The notes under the pieces are model-generated. The model worked only from the letters and a program-made list of their open reading frames with translations, did no database searches and was not told where the DNA came from. The position numbers were made by a program, and so were the translations under genes. A DNA stretch of 64,000 bases from an uncultured bacterium (GTDB taxonomy: Bacteria; Armatimonadota; Abditibacteriia; Abditibacteriales; Abditibacteriaceae), in NCBI GenBank assembly GCA_963843795.1, contig CAWJLW010000006.1, forward strand, positions 2,418,001-2,482,000. Reading direction: 5' to 3'. How positions within the stretch are numbered: the first letter of the stretch is position 1; every line of letters starts with the position of its first letter. Below are positions 43,136 to 53,711 of the stretch, in pieces.

Positions 43136-44071
43136 ATGCGACATATCAATCGAAAAATCGGAGCCAGCTTGCTGATGGGCGCTCTGATGTGGGCGCCCGT
43201 AATGGCACCGCTCGGCGCACAGGCCGCCGAGGAAAAAAAGGTCAAGTCGGTGCCGGTTGAACTCGAACCGTGGCCGGGCCGGCGCGTTGTGCTGCTTTTG
43301 CCGTTGCAATTGGGCGTCGGTTTCAACGCCGACCGCGAATTTGGCAACCTGGTTTTGCCGCGCGCAGAAGCTGAATTGGCGCGCGCACTGGAAGCCACCG
43401 GCAAGTTTTCGGTCGTTCAAGTGCACCGTTTCAGCCCGTTGGTACAGCGCGGTTTGCAAGAAAAGCGCGTCACGGAAGAACAAGTGCGCAGTGTCATCGC
43501 AGAGCCGGTTTCTATCGATAGTGCGATGAATTTTATCAGTCAATATGCCTTTGATCAGGCTCCCATGATTGCCGATTTTCGTTTGGAAGAAGTGCGTTCG
43601 AGCATTCCCGCGCCCAATCCCAAAATGAAGAGCAAAATGAAAGTGGGCACGCCCAGCGTACAAGCACAAGTTTCGGGTCGTTTGTATCAAGCTGGAGAAG
43701 CCGTCGCTTACAAAGCGCCTGTTGTGACTTCAGCGGGCATTCAGGTCGGTAATAACAACATCGAACGCTATCTGTATGCAGTCAGCGATGCTTTCACGCG
43801 TATTGCCACTGAATTCACTGCGCCGCTGGAAGATGTCACTCTTCCCACAGCGAATTCAGTTCCGGCAACCTCGGTAGAAAATGCCACCACGCCCATCGGC
43901 GGTGCAGCTCCGAATGCTGTCACGACACCCAATCCTAACGCAAACAACACCACGTCGCCGGTGCCAACGCCGCCTGATGCCAAAAACAATGCTCCGATTA
44001 CGCCTCCGCAGCCCGCTAATCCGATTCAAGGAAATCCGTTACCCGCCAACGCGCCAGCACAAGCTCAATAA
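43136..44071 (+). CDS. Secreted hypothetical protein with Pro/Asn-rich C-terminal tail
   Basis: GGAGG RBS, signal peptide ending AQA, low-complexity tail. Confidence 0.8.
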   Translation: MRHINRKIGASLLMGALMWAPVMAPLGAQAAEEKKVKSVPVELEPWPGRRVVLLLPLQLGVGFNADREFGNLVLPRAEAELARALEATGKFSVVQVHRFSPLVQRGLQEKRVTEEQVRSVIAEPVSIDSAMNFISQYAFDQAPMIADFRLEEVRSSIPAPNPKMKSKMKVGTPSVQAQVSGRLYQAGEAVAYKAPVVTSAGIQVGNNNIERYLYAVSDAFTRIATEFTAPLEDVTLPTANSVPATSVENATTPIGGAAPNAVTTPNPNANNTTSPVPTPPDAKNNAPITPPQPANPIQGNPLPANAPAQAQ

Positions 44072-44086
44072 TCGAATCAGTTTTAC

Positions 44087-44178
44087 AACGAAAACGGACG
44101 ACACCAAACGGTGCCGTCCGTTTTCGTTTGTGCCAAAGTCCGGCAAAAGTGCAGTGCAAGTACTTGCACCGCACTTTT
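44087..44178 (+). terminator. Intrinsic terminator (44087-44128) followed by a core-centred hairpin (44145-44178)
   Basis: AACGAAAACGGACG...CGTCCGTTTTCGTT; AAAAGTGCAGTGCAAGTACTTGCACCGCACTTTT. Confidence 0.7.
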
Positions 44179-44221
44179 CAAGCAGAAACCAATCGCAACT
44201 GCGACGCTCAAAGGACAAACC

Positions 44222-47200
44222 ATGAATTCAATTCAAGATTCAATCCAGCAAAAAATCCTGCGCCGTTTCGTTCTGATCTTATCTTTCAGCGTGCTGCCTT
44301 GGCTCAGCGCACATGCACAAAACACAAAACCGATTTGGATCGAAGCCGAAAACAGTGCGACCATCAATGTCAAATCATCGGACAAACTTAAAATACAAAC
44401 GTCAGGTTGGGGCAACAAGCAATTTTTGTCCGGCGAATCGTGGTTTCAAATCAGTGCTGAGGAGAATGATGTCGAAGCCAACGTGCCGGATGAAGGCATT
44501 TTGCTTTCCTACAAAATCGATGCGCCGCGACAGGCCACCTACGAAATCTGGAATCGTATCGGCTACGAATTCGTGCGCTCACCCTTCGATTGGCGAGTCG
44601 ATAACGGCGAATGGCACTCTGTCAGTCCGCAAGAATTGACAACTGATTTGATGGAACTCGGATTCTTCAACGAAGTGGCGTGGCTTCAACTGGGCAACCA
44701 AAATCTGAACGCCGGTGCGCACTTATTGGAAATTCGCTTGCCTAAAGCTAAAGACGATAAAGGCAAATTTGCACGCATCCTCTATGCCTCTGATGCCATC
44801 GTGCTTTCCGATGGCGCGTTCCATCCCAATGGCGCGCACAAACCGGATGAAAATAAACCCAGCGCAGAAGATATTGCGGCTGCGCAAAAAGTTTTCGCGT
44901 TGCCCGCTGCGAAAAGCGGCGAGCGCGGTGAAGCGAAACTGGAAGGCGATTGGGAAATCGCGCGCGACGACGAACAGATGCCGCGCGAAACTGGCGAGCC
45001 AATTGGGGAATTGCCACAGCACGCTTTCTGGTCGGCGATAAAAGTGCCTTCGGACAAAAACGTGTCGCGCCCCGATTTGGTTTTCGCGCACCGCTTGTGG
45101 TACCGCACGCGCGTCAGCGTGCCGCAAAGCGAAATCGGACGTTCATTCATTTTGACGTTTCCGATGAACAGCTTGAACACCACGGTTTACGTCAATGGGA
45201 CGCTGTGTGGCTTTTCCAATGCGCCTTTGACACGCGCTGATATCGACGTTACCAAAGGCATCAAAGCGGGCACCAACGAAATTTGGGTCGGCATCCGCGA
45301 TGCGTGGTATGGCCGCAATTACAATCCCGACGAGCCGCTAAAATTGCGTCGCACTTTCAATACACCAATCAAATTTTTCGGCGATGGCTTTCAAGATTTG
45401 GCCTATCCCATTTGGAATAATTCGCAATCGGGCATTTTAGAAACGCCGTTTCTCACTTCAGTCGGCTCGACTTATGCCAGCGATGTTTTCGTGCAGCCAT
45501 CTGTCGCAAAAAAGCAACTCAACGCACAAATCACGCTGCAGAATTCATCCAATCAATCGGCAAACGGCACCGTCGAATGGGCGGCGATTGATGACAAAAG
45601 CGGGCAAGTCGCCAAAACTTCTGCCGCGCAACCGTTCGCTCTTGCAGCAGGTGCTACAAGTACTTTGAACGTGGCTGCGGATTGGACGAACGCGAAATTG
45701 TGGTGGCCCAACGATCCGAATTTGTATCGCTTGCGCACCATAATCAAAATCGGCGGGCAAGTGACCGATGTGCAAGAAACCTCATTTGGTTTTCGCGAAT
45801 GGAGTGCGCGCGGCGTTGATTTTCTGCTCAACGGTGTGCGATGGCAACAATGGGCCGACCTGACGCCGCAGAAAGCCAGCTCGCCGGAAGAATTTTTGAA
45901 GATTTACCGCGACACCAATCAGCGCACTTTCCGTTTGATGATGCCCGGACAGGGCGCGGGCAACTGGCGTTACCTGGGCATGGCGCTGCCGGAAGTTTTA
46001 AATTTCTTCGACCGCAACGGCGTTGTGATTCGTCGCAATAGCCTGGTCGACGGCGAAGCCATCGGCTACGCTTTCAGCGAAGGCGACGCCGCTTTGAAGA
46101 AAAAATTCGGCACCGAAATGAAAGTTCAGTTGATGAAAAACTGGCGCGAGCAAACGCTGGCTCAGGTGCGCAACGAACGCAACCATCCGTCGATTAACAT
46201 CTGGACAATTGAAAACGAATTCGCTTATATCAACTTAATTAACCTGTTAGGCAATTCACCCTTGATGGATGAATACGAACGCGAAATCGCCAAAATTTCC
46301 GATGCGGTGATGAATGTTGATCCGACGCGATTGGTGATGATCGATGGTGGCGGCGCAACCAAGTTTCAAAATTTGCCAATTCACGGCAACCATTATGTTT
46401 TCGACGCCAAAGATACGCGCTACCCCAATTTGGCGTATGAAAAAAATCCGAACGGTGGCAGCCGTGGCCGTTGGATCTGGGACGAAAAACGTCCGCGTTT
46501 TATTGGCGAAGATTTTTTTGCTACCGGAATTAATCCGGCAGATTACGCGATTTGGGGCGGCGAGGCATCATTTCTCAGCAAAAGCGCGGCGCGTCCCGCT
46601 GGCGATTGGGTGTTTCGAATGCTGTCCGAAGGCTACCGCTGGAGTGGACAAAGCGCGTGGCAGTTTTGGTCGGGCACCGGCGAAGTGCTCGACCCGTGGA
46701 AAACCGCGTTCGCCTGGCGCGCCGTTTTCGCACGCCAATACGATTGGAGCTTTGCCAGCGGCCAAAAAGTTAAGCGCACCTGGGGCATTTTCAACGATAC
46801 GCAATTCGCGGAGCCATTGCTTTTCAAGCGCACCCTGCTATTGAACAACAAAGTGGCATGGAGCCAAACCAGCACGCACAAGGTCGCGCCCGGCCAGAAC
46901 GAAAAATTCGACGAAATCGTGCCGATGCCGAACGTGACGACCCGGCAAGAAGGGCAATTGGTTCTAATGCTTTCGGTTGGCGATAAAGAAATTTTCCGCG
47001 ACAGCAAAGCGGTTTCTCTTCTACCCTCACTGATTGCGCCGCCATCGAAGCTTGCGCCCAAAGCTCAGCGCAGCGCACAGAAAACTTCATTGCAAGTACT
47101 TGCACAGCAAAATCCGGCATTGGCCAACGCGAAAAACTTGCTGGTTTTCGATCCCAATGGCAGCACGCTCGCGTTTTTGAAAGCGGCGAAAATAGCTTTC

Positions 47201-49399
47201 ACACCGCTCAACAGTCTGGAAAATTTGCCAATCAGCGGTCAGGTTCTTGTCATCGGACATGACGCATTGAATATTTCCGAAAGCACCTCCAGCCGTTTGG
47301 CTGCATATGCCGCCGGCGGGCGGCGCGTCTTGGTTTTGGATCAAAAGAATCCGCTCAAATATCAAGGTTTGCCAGCAGAAATCGAGTTGGTAAATAGCGA
47401 TGCGGCTGCGGGCAGCATCGGCTTTATCGAAGACGCTTCACATCCAATTTTTCGCGGCCTAAAAAGTAAAGATTTTCAAAGTTGGGCGCCGGACGGCAAC
47501 CTTTACCGCGATGCATATGTCAAGCCCGCGCGCGGCGCAAAATCGCTGCTGCAAGTCGGGCCGCGCTTGCAAAATTCAGCTGTAGTTGAAGTGCCGGTTG
47601 GCGATGGTTTGATGCTGTTGTCGCAACTCAGTATTGGCGAAAAAGTGGCCGATAATATCGTTGCGCAACAATTGCTGGTCAACCTTCTGAATTATGGCGC
47701 GAGTTACAAAATGGAATTGCGACCCGTCGCAGTGGCGCTTGGCAATGATACGCAACTGGCCAAAACTCTGGATGCCATTGGCTTGCAATATGGTAAAGCC
47801 AACAGCGCGCTGGATGCGATTAGCAGCGCCAAAACCCAACTGGCGATTATTGAAGCCACGCCTCAGAACCTGCAAGTACTTGCAGCGAACTTACCGAAAA
47901 TAAAAGCCTTCAATGCGCGCGGCGGCTACATTATTTTTCACGGCTTGACGCCGGAAGGATTGGAATCCTACAACAAAATTGTCGGCTTCGATCACATGAT
48001 TCGTCCGATGCGGCGCGAGCGCATTTCTCTCGCCGCGCCGCGTGACCCGCTGACGGCTGGACTCACTTTGGGCGATGTAGTTTTGCTTTCGGGCGAGCGC
48101 ATTTTCGGCTGGACTTCAGACGAGTATGTCGCCAGCGATATGTTTTCCTATGTGGTTGATTACGAAGATGTCGCGTCGTTTGGCAAATCATCCAATGGCT
48201 TATATGAAAACGCCGTTAATGGTTTCTTCCAGAGCGATGGCTGGAAGCTGATTAATAATTTCAAGGCTCCCGAAAACGGCGCGCTGGAAATTCCTGTTGA
48301 ATTTCCTAAGCCGGTCACGATCAACCAATTCACCTGGGTTGGCAATACGTTGTATAATCCGCAAACCAAAGTCGGCCTCAACTTCGATGGCAAAAATCAG
48401 CTCGCTTTTGAAGTGAAGCCCGATGCCGAAGCGCAAACTTTTGACATTAAGCCGCCGCAAACGGGCAAAACCGTGACGCTGCAAATTTTGGCATGGGAAG
48501 ATAATCCGGGCAAAAGCCAGACAATTGGCATCGACAATTTTTCGCTCAAAGCGCAACGTTCGCCCGAATTCTATCAGAACGTGAAACCGATGCTGAACGT
48601 GGGCGGATTGATGCACTACCCGCGCGGCAAAGGCGGACTGGTACTGGCGAATTTGTTGTTCAAAGACAATGAAACTGTCCCGATTAACGTCACCAAAAAG
48701 CGCAACATATTCGCAGCGATTTTGCGCAACTTGCGCGCTCCGTTCGCGAGCAGCAAAACCGTGATTGCCGGAGCAGGTTTGCAGTATGTGCCGATTGATA
48801 TTCACAATCAGGCCACGCAATATCGCAACGATAAAGGCTGGTTTGGCGACAAAAATTTCACTTTTAACGGTCTGCCAACGGGCAAGCAGAATTTCGCAGG
48901 AGTAACTTATGACATTTACGATTTTCCGACTTCGCCCGTGCCGACCGCGATCATGCTGGGCGGCAACGGCATTCCGAATAATCCACCGCAGGAAGTAAAA
49001 GACATTCCTATCAACCGCAAAGCAGATGCGCTATTCTTCCTGCAAGCCGCGCGCATCGACCAACGGCGTAACAACAACGAATTGCGCGACAACAAGAAGT
49101 TAGAAATGGCGCGCTATGTGATTCATTACTCGGATGGCAAAGAGGAAATCTTGCCAGTCTATGCGGAAATCGATGTGGAGAATTACCAACAAGAAGGCGC
49201 GCCCCGACCGATTGCGGGTGCGCAGATCGCGTGGACAAAACCATATGCCGGCACCAATTTTTCTGCCGTAGCGTATGCTCAGCAGTGGAATAATCCGCGC
49301 CCGGATGTCGAGATTAAAAGTGTTGATTTTCAATATGGCGCTGACCGGCGCGGCGTGCCAGTTTTGTTGGCGATTACCGCAGCAAATGCTTCTAAATGA
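44222..49399 (+). CDS. Large secreted GH2-family glycoside hydrolase with several accessory domains
   Basis: LWYRTRV, TVYVNG, LWWPNDPNLY, SFGFRE, RNHPSINIWTIENE, FIGE. Confidence 0.85.
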   Translation: MNSIQDSIQQKILRRFVLILSFSVLPWLSAHAQNTKPIWIEAENSATINVKSSDKLKIQTSGWGNKQFLSGESWFQISAEENDVEANVPDEGILLSYKIDAPRQATYEIWNRIGYEFVRSPFDWRVDNGEWHSVSPQELTTDLMELGFFNEVAWLQLGNQNLNAGAHLLEIRLPKAKDDKGKFARILYASDAIVLSDGAFHPNGAHKPDENKPSAEDIAAAQKVFALPAAKSGERGEAKLEGDWEIARDDEQMPRETGEPIGELPQHAFWSAIKVPSDKNVSRPDLVFAHRLWYRTRVSVPQSEIGRSFILTFPMNSLNTTVYVNGTLCGFSNAPLTRADIDVTKGIKAGTNEIWVGIRDAWYGRNYNPDEPLKLRRTFNTPIKFFGDGFQDLAYPIWNNSQSGILETPFLTSVGSTYASDVFVQPSVAKKQLNAQITLQNSSNQSANGTVEWAAIDDKSGQVAKTSAAQPFALAAGATSTLNVAADWTNAKLWWPNDPNLYRLRTIIKIGGQVTDVQETSFGFREWSARGVDFLLNGVRWQQWADLTPQKASSPEEFLKIYRDTNQRTFRLMMPGQGAGNWRYLGMALPEVLNFFDRNGVVIRRNSLVDGEAIGYAFSEGDAALKKKFGTEMKVQLMKNWREQTLAQVRNERNHPSINIWTIENEFAYINLINLLGNSPLMDEYEREIAKISDAVMNVDPTRLVMIDGGGATKFQNLPIHGNHYVFDAKDTRYPNLAYEKNPNGGSRGRWIWDEKRPRFIGEDFFATGINPADYAIWGGEASFLSKSAARPAGDWVFRMLSEGYRWSGQSAWQFWSGTGEVLDPWKTAFAWRAVFARQYDWSFASGQKVKRTWGIFNDTQFAEPLLFKRTLLLNNKVAWSQTSTHKVAPGQNEKFDEIVPMPNVTTRQEGQLVLMLSVGDKEIFRDSKAVSLLPSLIAPPSKLAPKAQRSAQKTSLQVLAQQNPALANAKNLLVFDPNGSTLAFLKAAKIAFTPLNSLENLPISGQVLVIGHDALNISESTSSRLAAYAAGGRRVLVLDQKNPLKYQGLPAEIELVNSDAAAGSIGFIEDASHPIFRGLKSKDFQSWAPDGNLYRDAYVKPARGAKSLLQVGPRLQNSAVVEVPVGDGLMLLSQLSIGEKVADNIVAQQLLVNLLNYGASYKMELRPVAVALGNDTQLAKTLDAIGLQYGKANSALDAISSAKTQLAIIEATPQNLQVLAANLPKIKAFNARGGYIIFHGLTPEGLESYNKIVGFDHMIRPMRRERISLAAPRDPLTAGLTLGDVVLLSGERIFGWTSDEYVASDMFSYVVDYEDVASFGKSSNGLYENAVNGFFQSDGWKLINNFKAPENGALEIPVEFPKPVTINQFTWVGNTLYNPQTKVGLNFDGKNQLAFEVKPDAEAQTFDIKPPQTGKTVTLQILAWEDNPGKSQTIGIDNFSLKAQRSPEFYQNVKPMLNVGGLMHYPRGKGGLVLANLLFKDNETVPINVTKKRNIFAAILRNLRAPFASSKTVIAGAGLQYVPIDIHNQATQYRNDKGWFGDKNFTFNGLPTGKQNFAGVTYDIYDFPTSPVPTAIMLGGNGIPNNPPQEVKDIPINRKADALFFLQAARIDQRRNNNELRDNKKLEMARYVIHYSDGKEEILPVYAEIDVENYQQEGAPRPIAGAQIAWTKPYAGTNFSAVAYAQQWNNPRPDVEIKSVDFQYGADRRGVPVLLAITAANASK

Positions 49400-49401
49400 C
49401 A

Positions 49402-49435
49402 AAAAGTCCTCTGCAAGTACTTGCAGAGGACTTTT
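49402..49435. terminator. 34-bp perfect palindrome centred on the core, between convergent genes
   Basis: AAAAGTCCTCTGCAAGT|ACTTGCAGAGGACTTTT. Confidence 0.85.
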
Positions 49436-49450
49436 GACGTGGAACATTTT

Positions 49451-49882
49451 TCACACTGTCGGGGTTCTGGTTGAAAGTTTTGGTATTAAGGCTGCGACTA
49501 ATGCGCCCCAGATTACGTTGAGCACCAGCGGAATGGCAATGGCAGTGGGATTGCCGCCCGCGAAAAGCGGTTTGCCCAGCATGGGTAGAATAATGAGCAT
49601 AACGCACAGCCACGGCGCAAGGCCGAATAAAGCTCCGCTGGCGATGCTGATGCGTGGTACAACGATGGCGTAAATTGCGCCCCATGCCGCACCCGCCGCA
49701 AAAAACGCGAGCGCTCCGATAATGGTTGCCGTTGCACTTTGCACGGGCAGCATCTTCGTTGTCAACACGGTGCCAAGCGGCGGATTACCATTTTGTGTTT
49801 GCATCACGAGCTGAATAATCCACAGCAACACGGCGCCTAGAGTCCCGGCGATGGCCGCCGCCACGATTGGTTTATTTTTCAT
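49451..49882 (-). CDS. Small four-TM membrane protein
   Basis: Four hydrophobic segments; GAAWGAIYA, GALFGLAPW. Confidence 0.8.
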   Translation of the reverse strand: MKNKPIVAAAIAGTLGAVLLWIIQLVMQTQNGNPPLGTVLTTKMLPVQSATATIIGALAFFAAGAAWGAIYAIVVPRISIASGALFGLAPWLCVMLIILPMLGKPLFAGGNPTAIAIPLVLNVIWGALVAALIPKLSTRTPTV

Positions 49883-50120
49883 AATTTGCCTTTCTTTTTA
49901 GTTTTGCCCGCGCATTTATCGAGCGTTATCAGCGAGTTTAACCGGTAATCTTCCAGAAAATTTGTTTTTCAAATTTGGCTATAAAAATGGGATTGCAGTA
50001 AAATGGAAAAGCACTTTCGCCGCTTTGCGGTTCGTTGTTTCGCGTTTTTCCGGCCCTGTTATTTCGCCATGAAAACATTCGCTCCGGCTTCACTTTTTCG
50101 TTCATTTTCATCCTGCAGAC

Positions 50121-52931
50121 TTGCCCCCATACTTGCGGGCCGCTGGACCGGTATTGCTACCAAGCGCCTTTGCAGCTTTAGTTCTGACTTCGGCTCCGCT
50201 GACTTCGCAGGTGCGCGCCCAGAGTTTTCGCTTCAGCTTGCGTGCCGAACCGGACGTAATTGCAGCCAATGGCATCTCGACAACTTCGATTACGGTGCAG
50301 CTGCCCAGCAGCGGCGGCGCGATTTCCGCCGCACCAATTGTGCGTTTCGTCACCACTCAGGGCACAATCGAAGCCCAAGCGCAAATCGTTGGCGGCACAG
50401 CGCGCGCTTTGTTGCGCTCTTCTACCACACCCGGAACGGCCTTAGTAACGGCGATTATCGGCAATGCGCGCGAGCAAATCGCGGTCGAGTTTACCGGCGA
50501 CGATGTGTCTCTGGCGCGCTATCTGGAAATCGAAGGCGGTTATGTGGCGTATGGCGCGTCGCAAAATTTGGTGACGGTTTCGGGCAGCGATTGCGCGCTG
50601 GAATTTGGCGATTTACGTATCGAAAGCGATGTGCGTTTGGACGTTGATTTGTTGTCGCAACGTATATGGGCGCAGGGCAATAACGGCGGAGTGAGAATTC
50701 TCAGCGGCAAAGGCGCTAAAATGCACGAACTGCGCGGCGACCGTTTGTATTACGATTTGCGCCGTCGGCGCGGTGTGATACGTCGCATCGACACCACACT
50801 CGGGCCAGCCCGCCAGGAATTTATCGGCGTCAACTTCGATGCGCCGCCTGCAACCACTCCAGTTCTGCAGATCCCGAAAACGCCCGCTGGTTTTTTGTCA
50901 CCACAAACCGACGCGCCTCTCACGCCCGCCGAAAACGCCCAAAATCCCGAACCGCTGATAGAATCTGGCCCCAATCCGCCTGCCGATGCCCCACTGCTCG
51001 ACCGGCCCGCACCGGTTGGTAGCGTGCCCAAGGACGTGATTGCGCCCGCCACGCAAACGCGTAGCGTTTTACAAAAACGTCCCTTCGCCGCGATTACGCC
51101 AGCGGATCTGCCAGCGCCCGGAGTCGCTGAAAACCAGAGCGACACGCCGCAGGTACTTGCAGAGCCAGCCAACGACACCAAATCATTAGCCGCGCAAGCA
51201 GCGCCCGTAGCGGGCACGCTGCGCGAGCGGCTGGCATTGGCACAGCCACAAACCGGTCTGCCATCGGGCAATTTCCCCATAACCGCGCCCGCAACACCCG
51301 ACACAAACGGCGTTGAAGACCAACCGCTGCGCGATGTGCCCAGTTACGAAACGCTGCCCTCGCCCGAATCGAATCCAGATACGAACTCAAATACGAGCGC
51401 ACCCAACGGTAAAACTGATAAAAGCGCAGGTAAAGGCACGGCGCGCGACATGGCAGCGATACGGCGCGCGGCTATCGAACAAGCGATGAACGAACCTTCG
51501 CCGCCGGTCATCGATAATCGTTATCCGGGCTATTGGGTTGTCTCAAAAAAGATGCGCGTTTTCGCGCGCGACAAGGCGCAATTCGAGCACAGTACGATTT
51601 ATTTCAACGGACAAAAACTGTTTTCGATGCCGCGCTACGTCGCTGCCCTGGATGGCTCGTTCAGTCCGGCGACCGATTTGGTTTCGTTCAATACATCAGG
51701 CGGACTGACGTTGAACGTGCCCTATTATTATCAGGCGTCGAAGCGCGGAACGGGCGCAATTTATTTTCAGCACGCGCCCCACGGCGGTTTCGCTGCCGAA
51801 TCGCCCGGTTTTGCTCTGGCTTTGGATCAGCAGTATTGGCTTAGCGACCGCTCTCAAGGGCGTTTTGTGGTCGACCAAATCGGGCACTCGTGGAACTTGA
51901 ATTGGCAGCACAAACACCAGTTTTCGCCTTCGATGCGCGGCGAACTTTATCTCGATTCCCCGCGCCACCGCGATGCGTATTTTCGCTCGTCTTTAGTGAA
52001 AGATTTGCCTTCGATGCAGTTAGGTTTCGAAGGCTTGATGTCGTATTTCAGCGGCTCAAATAACGCCAGCGCTCAGTTTTACGCGCGCCTGCGTCCGCGC
52101 CAGTTGGGCAATTCGCGCTGGAGCTATAACGTCGCCGCCAATTTAATTGCTCTGCGCAATTTTTCGCGTTTGACGCCGAGCGATCCAACCAGCCCGACTT
52201 TTCCAACCGATCCGACATCGCCCGGTTTGCCCGGTGGAGGTATCGGTTTGCCGACGCGACCACGCTCGAATAGTCTGCGCGTCGCAATGAATCAGAGTTT
52301 GGCGCTTTCGCGTTATTTGATGCGAGAAACGGCAGTTTTGCCAGGCACGACAACGCTAACTAACAGCAGCACGACGACCACATTGTTCGGGCAAACCTTG
52401 CTCACGACGTTGCAATCACCCAGCGCGCGCTTGTGGAAAGGCGCGAGCCTGCAAGGCAGTTTGCTGGCGAACGTTTACAATTATTCCAACAATCGACGTG
52501 GAATTTCGCCGGGTCTGACGGTTGGTTTGCAGCAAACTTTTGGACGTGTGGGCGCGCTGCAGTTGAACTATAACTACGACAAGGGCAGCACCAACTTGCT
52601 CTCGACGCTCGGCAATGGCGCTTATCGCAATTTGGGCAGCAATTTCTTGTCCGGTTCGCTGTTCTTGAATTTCGGGCAAAGCGTGGGCAGCAATTTCTTC
52701 TTCACCAAAAGCCTGACCGATGGCGGCTTATATGGCGCAGGCACGCTGGATTTCTATCCGACACAGAAATGGCGTTTGGGATTGTTTTCCGATTACGCTT
52801 CGTTCGCCGACATAGAAAGCTATTTCGATTACGGTTTGGCCGTCGGGCGCGCCGTCGGACAACGCGAAATTTCGCTCAACTGGAGCAAAACGCGCGGGCG
52901 CATCTATCTCGAACTCGGCGGCGCACGATGA
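50121..52931 (+). CDS. LptD-like outer-membrane beta-barrel protein with N-terminal invasin/Big_1 Ig domain and Pro-rich insert; start uncertain
   Basis: AEPDVIAANGISTTSITV (Big_1-like), ELRGDRLYYDL and YWVVSKKMRV...STIYFNGQKLFSMPRY (OstA/LptD-like), amphipathic beta strands at the C-terminus. Confidence 0.65.
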   Translation: MPPYLRAAGPVLLPSAFAALVLTSAPLTSQVRAQSFRFSLRAEPDVIAANGISTTSITVQLPSSGGAISAAPIVRFVTTQGTIEAQAQIVGGTARALLRSSTTPGTALVTAIIGNAREQIAVEFTGDDVSLARYLEIEGGYVAYGASQNLVTVSGSDCALEFGDLRIESDVRLDVDLLSQRIWAQGNNGGVRILSGKGAKMHELRGDRLYYDLRRRRGVIRRIDTTLGPARQEFIGVNFDAPPATTPVLQIPKTPAGFLSPQTDAPLTPAENAQNPEPLIESGPNPPADAPLLDRPAPVGSVPKDVIAPATQTRSVLQKRPFAAITPADLPAPGVAENQSDTPQVLAEPANDTKSLAAQAAPVAGTLRERLALAQPQTGLPSGNFPITAPATPDTNGVEDQPLRDVPSYETLPSPESNPDTNSNTSAPNGKTDKSAGKGTARDMAAIRRAAIEQAMNEPSPPVIDNRYPGYWVVSKKMRVFARDKAQFEHSTIYFNGQKLFSMPRYVAALDGSFSPATDLVSFNTSGGLTLNVPYYYQASKRGTGAIYFQHAPHGGFAAESPGFALALDQQYWLSDRSQGRFVVDQIGHSWNLNWQHKHQFSPSMRGELYLDSPRHRDAYFRSSLVKDLPSMQLGFEGLMSYFSGSNNASAQFYARLRPRQLGNSRWSYNVAANLIALRNFSRLTPSDPTSPTFPTDPTSPGLPGGGIGLPTRPRSNSLRVAMNQSLALSRYLMRETAVLPGTTTLTNSSTTTTLFGQTLLTTLQSPSARLWKGASLQGSLLANVYNYSNNRRGISPGLTVGLQQTFGRVGALQLNYNYDKGSTNLLSTLGNGAYRNLGSNFLSGSLFLNFGQSVGSNFFFTKSLTDGGLYGAGTLDFYPTQKWRLGLFSDYASFADIESYFDYGLAVGRAVGQREISLNWSKTRGRIYLELGGAR

Positions 52932-52935
52932 AATT

Positions 52936-52983
52936 TCACTTGAAGCGGGCGCTGCAAGTACTTGCAGCGCCCGCTTCAAGTGA
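52936..52983. terminator. 48-bp perfect palindrome centred on the core, filling almost the whole convergent spacer
   Basis: TCACTTGAAGCGGGCGCTGCAAGT|ACTTGCAGCGCCCGCTTCAAGTGA. Confidence 0.85.
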
Positions 52984-53628
52984 TTAGGCGATTTCGTTTT
53001 CGCGCCACGCTGTCCACCACAGCGCATTGTTCAAAATGCGACCGAAGCTTGGGTTTTCATACGCCGTCACGCCGTGTCCCGATTCCAGACAAAACACGCG
53101 ACTATCGTGGTAAAAATGCGTCCAGCCGATGGCACGCATCAATTCAGGGTGCGTGGTCGTAAACAACAGTTCGCCCGCTTCGAGTTTGGGTTCTTGAATG
53201 TGGTAAATTTCATCCCGAATTACATAAGGTTCAACGCCTTTGGCAATAGGATGCGCGGGATTTTCGATTTTCACCGGAATATCTTGGTCGAATTTATAGC
53301 GGTTGTTATGGCGGTCGGCTATGCCGGTGATTTCGTTCCACAGCGGCCATTCTTTGAAAGCGACGAGGCCGTGATGCAACACGATAATGCCCTGCTCGCG
53401 CCGCCCCAAAACGCTTTGCATCGTACTTTTCCACTTCTCGGCGAGTTCTTGTTGAAAGTTGTACATCACGACAACATCATAAAGCGCGGCAGCTTTGGCA
53501 TCGTAAGCCCAATCATCCAGAGACTGCACGTAAGAATCGACTTTTGGCATCGCGTGCCACAGATTGTGAAATGCCACCACGTTGAACGGATGGCCGCCGG
53601 TCACAACGGCAATTTGAAGATTTTTCAT
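52984..53628 (-). CDS. ThuA-like (class I glutamine amidotransferase-like) domain protein
   Basis: VVTGGHPF, GIIVLHH, HPIAKG..DEIY, RVFCLESGH. Confidence 0.82.
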   Translation of the reverse strand: MKNLQIAVVTGGHPFNVVAFHNLWHAMPKVDSYVQSLDDWAYDAKAAALYDVVVMYNFQQELAEKWKSTMQSVLGRREQGIIVLHHGLVAFKEWPLWNEITGIADRHNNRYKFDQDIPVKIENPAHPIAKGVEPYVIRDEIYHIQEPKLEAGELLFTTTHPELMRAIGWTHFYHDSRVFCLESGHGVTAYENPSFGRILNNALWWTAWRENEIA

Positions 53629-53711
53629 AGAATTTAGGTCCCGAATGCAGTGCAATAATTATGACGTATTCTTGCCCTGCAAGTACTTGCCAAACAAATT
53701 GAACAGAAAAT

